NCBI GenBank assembly: GCA_964188305.1
Contig: OZ076886.1
DNA from: Podarcis bocagei
Taxonomy: Eukaryota
Length of the DNA stretch: 64,000 nucleotides
Direction: 5' to 3' (one strand)
Shown: piece by piece, positions 53,431 to 64,000 of the stretch
Layout: each line of letters opens with the position of its first letter
Numbering within the stretch: the first letter of the stretch is position 1
The notes under the pieces: model-generated
What the model saw: the letters and a program-made list of their open reading frames with translations, nothing else
Database searches by the model: none
Told to the model about the DNA's origin: nothing
Position numbers and translations under genes: made by a program

Positions 53431-53531
53431 GATCATAGAATTGCAGAGTTGGAAGGGATCACAAGGGTCATCTAGTCCAACCCCCTGCGATGCAGTAATC
53501 TTTTGCCCAATGTGGGGCTCGAACCCATGAC
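53431..53531 (-). mobile_element. Truncated copy of the same tRNA/CR1-tail SINE
   Basis: Matches about 51835-51935 (gagttggaaggga...tctagtccaaccccctgc...gggctcgaaccca). Confidence 0.8.
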
Positions 53532-54110
53532 TCGGAGAGGATCCTTTCTTTGTGTTTTCTCTTCCCCCACCCCCTCTTTGAACGGGGCTCTTCCTAGAGT
53601 TCTGAGTCCATCTTTTCTGTTTCTCTTCTGAGGAAACCCAGTCCCTCCGCTTCCGCAAGAAAACAAAACCCCGGGATGCCAGAGACCTGGGTTCCTTACA
53701 CAGGGTGCTCCTCTGTCATAATGGAGTTTTGTGGCAGGCAGGAAGTCTGTCCCATTCAATATAATCTGGCTGACTGATTTCCATCAAGTTGGTTTGTAAC
53801 ACCTTGATTGAGCTAAGTAGCTAATCTTATCCCTACAAGCAGCAGGGTGCAGATTGCCAAGCACCAAGGAAAGCTTAACAACTCAATTGCACTGCCTAAA
53901 TAATAGCACTTCCATTATTAATATCAGAGTAATGAACCACAGGTACGTTACAGGTACCCTTCAAGATTGTTCCAAAGACAGGCAGCCTCACGCATAGAGA
54001 GGCAATTTGCAAGGACAGGATCTCCTCTCCCTTAACTCACTGAGAAAGCTACTACTTGAAAAGGTAGTAGCTTTTCAAGCCTTTTCAAGTAATAGCTTTC
54101 TCAATGAACT

Positions 54111-54486
54111 AAGGTAAAGGACCTCTGGATGGTTAAGTCCAGTCAAAGGCGACTATGGGGTGTGGCACTCATCTCACTTCAGGCCAAGGGAGCCAGCGCT
54201 TGTCCACAGACAGCTTTCTGGGTCATGTGGCCAGCATGACTAAACCACTTCTGGTGCAATGGGACACCGTGACAGAAGCCAGAGTGCATGGAAATGCCAT
54301 TTACCTTCTTGCCGCAGTGGTACCTATTTATCTACTTGCACTGGTGTGCAATCGAACTGCTAGGTTGGCAGAAACAGGGACAGAGCAATGGCAGCTCACC
54401 CCGTCACACAGATTCAAACCACCGACCTTCCGATCGGCAAGCTCAAGATGCTCAGTGGTTTAGACCACAGCACCACCTGTGTCCCT
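54111..54486 (+). mobile_element. Sauria SINE, near full length
   Basis: aaggtaaaggacc...ggtcatgtggccagcatgac...gcagtggtacctatttatctac...gctcagtggtttagaccacagcaccacc. Confidence 0.9.
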
Positions 54487-54659
54487 CTGCTAGGTTGGCA
54501 GAACCTACTTGAACAACTGAAAGAAGGAACTCTATTAGCCTTCATAATGATCCTGGGAATGGGGTGGGGGGCTACTGGCACTACTAAACTTCACACCTGA
54601 AAAAATTCCCTCTTCTATTGCCAACTACTAAACCAAAGGGAATCCTTGCACGTTTAGCA

Positions 54660-54860
54660 CATAGCTGGAAGGGGCCTTGCGGGCCATCAAATCCAAGGCA
54701 TCTCTCAGTGCTGGAAACCCAGAGCCAGGATGTCCCCAACACATGGCTGCCCAGCCTCTGCTGAAAGGCCTCCAGTGAAGCAGAGCCCACCACCACCTGG
54801 TTGGTTCCATTGGTTGGTTCCATTGCTGAACTTCCCTTACTGTTAAACTACTTCTTCCAA
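54660..54860 (-). mobile_element. Diverged CR1 3' fragment
   Basis: Minus frame contains VVVGSASLEAFQQRLGSH, resembling the CR1 ORF2 end, followed by a 3' UTR-like stem. Confidence 0.7.
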
Positions 54861-55937
54861 TGGTCTCTGAAATAGGATGAGGAGTCCAATGGGTGTGCCA
54901 CCTTTTGTCACAGTGCTGCATTTGCGGAAAATTATGTGTGATTATCTTGCTGAGACAATGCAGTTATTACAAGCACAGATCCCCATGCCCACCTCTAGCC
55001 TCTGCTAAGGCCACATGACAATCTATATTGCAATGCACTCACAAGATGCCCTGGTGGTAGTACAAAAGCTTCTGGTACCAACTGGCTGAGTTGCCTTAAT
55101 ATTACTGGGTAGGGTGGGCAGGCAGAAGGTCACTGGCCACCAAGGGTTGGAAGCCTGAACAGGTCTTGCCAGTCTTCACCAGCCTAGTGTTTTCCAGTTG
55201 TTTTGGACTCTCAATTCCCACCACTCCCATCCTGGCTGAAGCTGGTGACAGTTGTACTGGAGGGCTGGTCTAAAAAGAAGGGGGAAAGGCCAGATAGAGG
55301 GCCCTGAGAAAGAGAAAAGTTAGGTGGGAAAGAGAATGGGCAGAGGGGAAAGCTGAATATGGAGCTGTAAGAGACAGAGAGAGATAGGGAAGTCTGAAGT
55401 TCATAATTTGATTTGAAATAGCAGCCAGTTTTTTAGCTGCAGGCCTCTCGTACCTCTTTACTAGCTCAGGTGACTGAAGTTATTTTCTACCAAATCAGTT
55501 AATCCTTTTGTCATTAACGTGGCTGTCACAGAATTCCATCTGAAAACTGCACCAGCATCTTGGTAGCTCAGGCCCACATGCGGAGTTCTCTAAAGAGTTT
55601 GCTGCTCTCATCTCCATCCCACCTCCAGGTGGTCAGTCCCAACAGCTACTAGGATTTTAATGAGCCTTCCAGGCCTGCCTCTGGCAACCAGATGCTCCTT
55701 GACAGGGTCTTGATATGTCAAATCACAACATTATAACACATTCATCCTAACAATCTCTTGCATTCTGTGCATTTTAGTTCCCTTTTAATGCACTGCTCTA
55801 GATAGGCCACATGCACAGTCGTCCCAAGGCACATGAAGTGGTGTTACAAGTCCCTTATGATTATAAACTTTTAATCTATGAAGTCAACCAGCACAGACTC
55901 TGATCCGTTTGGTGAAGATTGCAATTGCAAAAACTCC

Positions 55938-55940
<3 letters not shown>

Positions 55941-55992
<52 letters not shown>
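55941..55992. repeat. Compound (CT)n(AT)n microsatellite
   Basis: Direct reading. Confidence 0.95.
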
Positions 55993-57139
55993 TAATTATA
56001 TGGCTTGCTAACTTTTGTTATGGTAAAAGTTTGTCAGAAGCTTCATTCACAGCACTTCAAATATTCACACAGCTTTAAAACATTCAAAACAAAAAAGGCA
56101 GCTGATTCACAGCAACAGCATTTTGCTTTCATTTGGCTTCCAACTACAAACCTCAGACTAATGCTCCTGAGTCCTCTATTACACATTGCCCCTTACATCC
56201 CACCCCACCCCCCATCCTGCCCAATTCTGATGGCCTGGCAACCTGCCACAGGGCTGTTGTAACCCAGCCATTTGGAATCACAGTTTTACAGCCCGGTTAA
56301 AACTGAGGCTCCTGATCACAAAGAATTTGCAGTCTAAACCAGACCCTACAAATAATGGCAATAAACTGCAGAAAGGAAGGAGGGAGCAAGAGCAAAGGAA
56401 GATGCTAGATTAAGCAAATGAGAAGCGGGAGATCGATGTCATGCAAATAGAGCTATAGATAAATACTGCTGAAGGGAAGCAATGTTCCCTTGGCAGAACT
56501 TGCCAGATCGCCTTTTTAATGTATTTGTAGTCTATCACTGTTTATATTTGAAGGCAGAGTTATAAAAGCAGGAGTAAATAACCCCACACAAGGAGGCTGA
56601 GATCAGGACCAAAAAAGAGGAAGGCGGCCACTGTACAGAAGCAACCACAGACAGCAGATTTCTTTTTAGGGAAAGAAGGGGAAACAGGAAGACAAGGAAA
56701 AGAAAACAAGACAGAATATAGTCAGGGCTATGTGAATGCAGGGTTTTCATGTGTTTGCCACAGAAGATGGAATTATTAAAAACTTTAGCTTTCATTGATC
56801 ACCCCCGCCCCTCAATTCCTAGCTCTCAAGGTTGCAGAGTAGAGCATGATGATTCTCAGAAACAAGCTGGGCAGAGGTCCCAGTGGTAAACTGATGAGGC
56901 TCCACTCTTCTCCTGTCTCCCACTCCTGCAAATCTGTAAGCCGCTGACTCTTGCTTTCCCTGTATTTCTCTACCTTTCTGGTCTGCTACTTGAAAACAGA
57001 AATAGGTGCATCAGTCAGTTTCAGGCCTTCTGAGCCTAACAAGTCCACACTCTAGCCTTTACAACTTGATGCCCCAACTAAAGCCAGAGCCCTTCAGAAT
57101 ACACGAGAAGTATCAGAACAAAAACACCACCTTTACAGA

Positions 57140-57520
57140 GACCTCATTTATGCATAACTCTAAGCCAAACCATGGCTTAGCATGAGTGAACAAGCATATG
57201 CAGGCTTCCAGGCAGATCATGGTAGTTTTCCTCCTTCTCTGGTTGTTCTGCTCATTCCCTCTGTTGAGGTAAACCAAAGTTTGGTTTGGCATGTCGTCCA
57301 AACCTGGGTTTGTGGTTTATCTCTCCCAGAACAAACCTTGGTTATGGGTCATGGTTTGTATGCAAAAAGCTAAACCACAACTCTAGGTCCAGACAACATG
57401 CTAAGCCAAGCCATGGCTGGAGAAGGAGCAAAGCAGCTGTGACCTCCTCTCCAGGAGCCTGTGCATTGGCTCATTCACACAAAGCCATAGTTTGGTTTAG
57501 TGTTACCTGTGAAGCAGGCC
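57140..57520. mobile_element. Old long-palindromic non-autonomous DNA element (PIF/Harbinger-like)
   Basis: Nested inverted motifs taagccaaaccatggcttag / aagccatagtttggtttag and gggtttgtggttt / aaaccacaactc. Ends GGCC. Confidence 0.55.
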
Positions 57521-60500
57521 AAAGTTTGTCATTTCACCCCCACTCCTCACTCTTAACACTCCAGTGCATAATTACAGTGAAATATAGGGTAAAGTTTTAT
57601 TAGGAAAAGCAGATACCAAGAATAAAGTGAAGGAACAAACAAACTGCAACATAGAATAAAAGCACTGGCCATTTTCAGACTGTCAGTTCTGAGGTGTCAC
57701 CTTTCAGAATACCAGCTGCTGTTACAGCATCTCTCATCTTATAGCTAATGATGGTCCAATACAGAAAGCAACCCAGCTTCTCTGCCCAAATGTGTGTAGC
57801 CCAGCAAGATTCCACCACCACAAACCTTTGAGCTGGCTGCATCATTTTAGTGCCTTTACATTTCCACTCCGACACACATTTCAATGCTCAGCAGAGGCAA
57901 ATACACTACAAAGAACCTAGAGGCCTCCTTGGGAGTCATGGGATGCAAAGTGCACCACCACCCAATGTCAAGGGGCAGGGAGGAGGCAAGGCTACACTTT
58001 ACAACATTTCCTGCTGTTCCATAAGCTCTTTTTCTCATTTCACCTGCATTTTATTGGTATGGAAGATGGCAGCCTAACCCTCCTCCAGGCCTCTTATTAA
58101 AGAGCAGGTTGCTACAACCCGAGATTGCATCACTATTAATGGCTACCTAAAGCCATCAAAAATTGATTGAAAGAAAACAGGGGAAGGCTGATATTATTTC
58201 GTTGCATTTAAATCCAGCATGATTTGGGCTGCCCAGGTCTGGATCATATTAAGTGGAAGATGAGGCTCTGCAGTGATTGAATGATGGGGAAGGCTCTGTA
58301 TTAGAGCTCAGGGACAGCTGGCCAATCCAATTTGGCTTCCTGCTCATAAAACACCAAGGCCCATACAAGTGCCTTGCTGTCACAGCAAGTGGTTTCCTAC
58401 CCCCCTCCTGCTGCCAGTTTTTAAAGATGAAAGAGCAAGCAGAAGACTTTAAATATTAACCTAGACCCTCTCAAAATGGACACAGCCCCAATACACAGGG
58501 CCTTGGTCCTGAGAGTAATAATAACCATGAGTTATTACACTGTACTTTGAAATGACACTTTTTATGAAACACTGAGGGGCACCTAACAAGGTGAGTGGCT
58601 TGGAAAACAAAATTCTTATTTTGTGTGTGTGGAGCAGCGTTCAGAGTCCTCTCAATTATTCCCTCATCATAACTACTATGTATAGGGCACTCTACTGGAA
58701 TGTTAGTCCCAGTCCTAAAAGGTTTACAAACTTTTTAAAGAAAAAGATGGAAGAAGACACCTCCCAGAAAGAAGCAAAACTGTACAGTACTTCAAAATGA
58801 CTCTTTTTATAGAAGACTAAGGGGCATCTAGCAGAGGCAAGTTGCTTGCTAAACAAATTTCTTATTCATTCCAATTTGTGGAAATTAAAGTAGAAAAAAT
58901 TCATGCATGAACACAATTCATATTTTAGTACGTTTACATCTCATCTTCCTTCCACTATGGAACACAAGGCAACTTACATGTGGTATTCAGGTCTCCCACC
59001 CAGACCCAGACCTGCTTCGCTTCAACAAGGTGGCTGCATCACATGCCCTTGGAATCTGAGATTCTTGTGTCAAAGGCTGGAGAGCAAAATCCGAAACCAC
59101 AACCCCCAGTCTTATTCTACTGGGCACATGTATGTGGACCAGTCCTCAGTCATGCCCCCCCCCTCCACCCCAATCACTGGCTTCTCCCCCACTGTGTATC
59201 ATGCACAGGACTTGCATGCCAGTCCCAGTTCTAAAAGGTTTGCAAACTTAAAAGAAGAAGATGGAGGTAGGCACCACCCAGAAAGAAACAGCAGCCTTAT
59301 TCCACCTTGAGCATGACAATCTGAACCTGGCAAAACTCCTACTGGCTAGCATGGCCTTCAGCAGTCATTGCCTCCCTCCACCCAGCTATGCTTAACGCAG
59401 GAAGCATCATTCCCACTCGCCAGCTAGCAGAGTGTGCTTGCCAACAGGAAGTGAATTCTCTTACACAAACATGGCCACCATGGTTACAGGACTTTGCAAA
59501 CTCTCTAGGCAGACGCCTTGGAGCTTAGCCCAGGTTTGAAATGAACTGCGTTATATATTTCTCCCCTCCCCCCAAAAGGGGGGGGGAATAAATAAGAGTT
59601 TGCCTGGAGCAGCCCCACTCAGCATGTTAATGCCGATTCAGAGAGCAAGGCAAAGAGGCCTAAAAATACATTCCATTATTCTAACCGGACAAAAAAAGTA
59701 AACAGTGCCAAACTTCCTAAGGGGGAGCGAGGAGGAGGGAGGTCTCCTCTGCAATGACTCAGACAGCAAAAATACAATGCGACGCAGTGGCACATCCAGA
59801 GGCAGAGGAAAGCAATGCAAAAAAACCCCAAAAGCACTAAAGGCTTCCAGCTGCCTTGAGAATGTTTGTTGGTATGTACCTTTGCTTGACTCACATATGT
59901 GCAGCAGGAAACTTGACATCAGCTGGAAATCTGGCCTAACAGCCACATTGCTGACAGATCCAAATCATCCCCCTTTTATCCCAAGCTGGAAAGGAAATTT
60001 GCTAACAGCTCCACCTTTAAAAGTGGCCAAGAGACCCTTATTGTTTCAAACTCTGGTCACAGCTGCTCTGTGAACTACACTGGGCTGGAACCTCTGCCTG
60101 GCTGGCTGCAGCCAATGCACACAAACTTCAAAAGAGCCTTTCATTGTAAAGCCGCTTGCCTGCATCCCAATCGCTTTCTAGTAAAGGTGGTGGAAAAGGC
60201 TGCTCCTCCCCCTTTAGAGTCAAGAGAAGCCAGAAAAAGGTCAGGATGTCTTGTGATTTTTGAAGCAGCACTGACTAGTTCAGCGGAGATGTAATGTTTT
60301 CCAGTCTCTTGACCATGGTTAAGAGATCTGGAGTGCCTCTCAGACTCGTGCCCACCCCACCCCACCTCGCACAGTCCTACTCCCTTGTCCCACTTCAACT
60401 CCTCCCTTTCCCTTCTCAGCAATAATTATATCTGCACTAAACCAGTACTGGAAGCCCTAGTTAGAAGTAGGTTTCAAAGGCTGGTTGAAATCTAGCTATG

Positions 60501-61881
60501 GATTTGGCAATCGTAGATTTGGCTTACACTCATTAACAATACTATGAAATTTGCAGTGGCATAAACAAATGTACTGGTTTCTCAGATAATACCAATTGGG
60601 AGGTACCAGTGTAAGATCTCTGAAAACTATTTTAATTAGCAAAGTGAGGCACCATCAGTTACAAAACATTTTCAATTCAAAACCTTGGCAAGTAATAGAT
60701 TTAGAATTGGGGGGGGGGGAGATTCCAACAATTCTTCCAATCGTTACGTCAGTGCAAACTTTTCAGCTTACCAAATGGAATGACCCCCCCCTACCTTCCA
60801 TGTACTGTTCTGGGGGTTCTCTTGGCCCACCAAGAGCCTTTGGGGGGCACACTGGCAGGAATTGGGGGAGCCCCATTGTGCAAGCAGAAGTCCTTGAGCA
60901 GAGCTTCCACTGATAGATAAATCACAATGGGCGGGATTCACCCTTCCATTTAGTCTGAAAAGTATTTTCTGTTCCCTTTCTTTCAAATGTGCTCCAATTT
61001 CTGATTCAGAAACACATTTTCAATGTTCAGATGCCACAGCAACCAGGTTTTAAACTCTGAGCTTTCTCTGTGCTTTCTTTCCACTTTGCCCTACAAGACA
61101 AGTCTACAGCTGAGTTAGGAAACCTGTGGTCTTAACTCCTATCATTCCTGAGCATTGGCGATGCTGAATGGGGCTGATAAGAACTGGAATCCAATGACAT
61201 TCGGAGGGCCACACATTCCCCACACTTGAAGGTCTACAGCCCCAAAACGATGAAGTATGAACATCATCGTTGGACAACCTAACAAAGTTCTCCATGAAGG
61301 TCCCAACTGGAGGAGGAAGAGAGGACAGAGAGTGAAGAAAGGGCTGTGAGTGGAAGGCAGCCTTTTTCCCATTCTCTGGACCCCGGGGAAACTCAACAAA
61401 CCTGCTGTACCTGGAACTAGGTGTGGAAAGTGCAGCTGAATGGGACACAGCTGTGGGCAGCCTGAGGAAGTAGAACCCACTTTGATGTCTGCCCATCAAC
61501 AGCAAGTCTAGAGTGAGAGACTAGGGTGGTGTCTGCTATATCCAAGAATTCTTCTCATTGTGAGATTTTTGTGGGTGAGCTGAGCGTTTGTTTGGATTCT
61601 GGGCAACAACCCAGAGGTTGAGAGGGAAAGTGTGTGTCAGAAGAAAATGAACTGGTATTTATTCATATATATTAGTAAATTTGTATTAATGTAACATTTT
61701 GAGATGTATTTTTGTAATATTTCGTTTAAGTTGTCTGTTGTTGCTTCTGTTTTCTGTACACTGCTTAGATGTATTTTAAATATATCAAGCGGTATAGAAA
61801 TTAAATAATCCATCAACACTGTACAATGATTTATCTGTCCCATCTCTGCAACAGTGATAACAGCTTAATTAACATTCACTA

Positions 61882-61882
<1 letters not shown>

Positions 61883-61927
<45 letters not shown>
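61883..61927. repeat. (TAT)n microsatellite
   Basis: Direct reading. Confidence 0.95.
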
Positions 61928-61928
<1 letters not shown>

Positions 61929-63824
61929 CACCATCAGTGTACACAGCACAAGGATATTACATTGTAAATGTAGGTATGTGTGTGGCAAAGGCAAGGGTAA
62001 AAACCCAGCAGGAGGAATAGAAGCAAATGTAAAAGGGGGTGGATTTAAGCAGTTGCACATTCTTAGGCTTCATCTTTTCTTCACATGAAGATCAAGGGGT
62101 AAAAGGGTCAATAGAAAAGCCATGTGTTATTTTGAACAAAGATCTAATAAAAAACAAGATTTCATAGGGATGTGATCTCTCTTCCTCTACAATTCTGCAC
62201 ATAGAGTTTCACAATGAAGCATAGAAGGGAGCCAGCTCACCACCATATATTCTGAATATTAAAAAAAGCTTCACGCTGCATACAGAAAGTCACTTTTAAT
62301 CTGGTGAGTGATCACTTCAGAGACAGAGAGCAGCATTTCTGGACTCTGATTACAGAGGCAAGAAAAAGAACATGATGCTATGGCCTTAGCTATTCCTGAT
62401 ACCAATGTTTAGGTCACATATATACATAACGACTAATTAATAATATAGTACATTAGAGTGCAAAATGCTTATTAATAACACCTATCCCAACCAACTTTAC
62501 AACAATTTTGTGATGTGGGTCACTAGTGCCATTACAATATGATAAATGGGGAGTTAAGATGTAGAGAGAAGGATCTGTTCAAAATGACTAATGAGTATAT
62601 GTTTGAACTGCAAGTAATTTCAAAGCCTTCTGGTTCCAAGGCCTACATTGAAGCACGCTAGCTCTCTGAAGAAAAAGACCATGAAAATGAGCCATAACTG
62701 AAACCTTGGGCTTCACATCTGCTTCCTAATCTCTGAGCATCTCTGCAACTCTAAAGCTGCTTTACTCATTTCTCCTAGTCTTCTAGAAGCATAAGTAGGC
62801 GCTAAGAGAGAGAGAGAGACAGAGACAGACAGAGAGGGAGAGAATTACCAATAAACAATTTAAGTCACCCTGCTTTGTAACGCAGAAACCCACACGCCTA
62901 CTAAAAATTCAGATCAGCAAAGAAGTATAATTCCTCTGATATAAACAGCAGTGTTCCTCATTTAAAAGAACAAAATAATTCAATGTCCCGATTTTCTAGT
63001 GTAAATTAAGTCATGCAGAAAACTCCTAGGTATCTTGACAGGCTGGCCTGGTGTCAAATGTAGACAGACTGCCCTGTAAGACACTCCCATTTCAGAGATA
63101 TTTGGTTTTCTTATATTATTGTTTTAAATAAAAATAGTAAAAATAACTTGACCCCATGTCAAAGTTTTAACTCCACTCATTACAAGCATGTGATTTCATA
63201 TGGTCCAACCTACCTTCCAACACTTGCTTACCTAGCACATTAACAACAAGACTTTCAACAGGAACACAACAAGTTTTTATTATCTTGTCCTCCGTGTGAA
63301 GATAATTCACAGTAGGCCTGATTGTTTCAGGTATCTACCAGAGACATAATATTCCTTATGGCACTGCTTATTTAACCACAAGTCTTGCTATAACTCGTCC
63401 TTTCATTACAGATACTAATGACATCTAAATGCATGACAGCATTAATTTAAAAGTCTTTTCAAGATATTCCATGGCAGGGAAATAAAAGCTTAAAATATAC
63501 ATTGTGAGTAACTTATGAGTCCCCAAAACTAAAAGTCCAAGAACACATTTAAATTGTAGGGGAGGGGTCTGGCTCGTGATGTTAACTTGGGGAACCAGCA
63601 ATTCAGAAAATACTTGCCTACATGTAAATTCATTAACCCAGTCAACCAAATGGCCCATCTACAGACTTATCAGACAGAAACAAACTGAATCAGTATTTTC
63701 AGGGAATAGACTCAAACCAGGATCCAAAGAAACCTAAACAATGGGCACATGGCCTTTGGTTTGGACTCAGTCTGATCTTTATATTTCCCTCCCCTTATGG
63801 TTTTGATCTATGGGCTACTTTTAA

Positions 63825-63971
63825 AATGAGGCTGCATTTTAAATTGCATTTAACCTGTATTTTAAATTGGTACAGTAAATTGTTTTTACTGTAATTTTAC
63901 TGGTGTTAGCCGCCCTGAGCCCAGCTCTGACTGGGGAGGGAGGGGTATAAATAAATTTTATTATTATTATT
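63825..63971 (+). mobile_element. L2 3' UTR/tail (same family as 1975-2547)
   Basis: gttagccgccctgagccc...ggggagggaggggtataaataaattttattattatt matches about 2462-2530. Confidence 0.75.
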
Positions 63972-64000
63972 GACTGTGGTTCACTGGGTGTTTGTGCCAA

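Overview
Vertebrate genomic DNA, very likely a squamate and probably a lacertid lizard, judging by the Sauria SINEs, the L2/CR1 tails and the mariner MITEs with CAGTGGTACCTC ends. The window holds the 5' part of a plexin-A gene, best matching PLXNA1, on the minus strand. Two coding exons are visible: the large first coding exon (CDS 41864-40686, signal peptide plus most of the Sema domain) and the 183-nt next exon (22545-22363). I did not find the following exon or a promoter/CpG-island first exon, so the rest is long intron (or upstream sequence) filled with L2, CR1, SINE, hAT and Tc1/mariner remnants and microsatellites. Nearly all other listed ORFs are noise. I see no convincing new multi-gene system. 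The best unexplained signals are: (i) a 1.58-kb young composite hAT element carrying a transposase tail, a CR1 piece, a mariner end and GC-rich hairpin repeats; (ii) a 35-bp hairpin at a complex Sauria SINE junction that pairs fully only on the PLXNA1 sense strand; (iii) a candidate 10-nt microexon upstream of the first coding exon; (iv) a chain of abutting uORFs with tandem splice acceptors in the PLXNA1 leader; (v) a CpG-retaining candidate cryptic exon deep in the downstream intron. Boundaries of degenerate repeats are approximate and read by eye.
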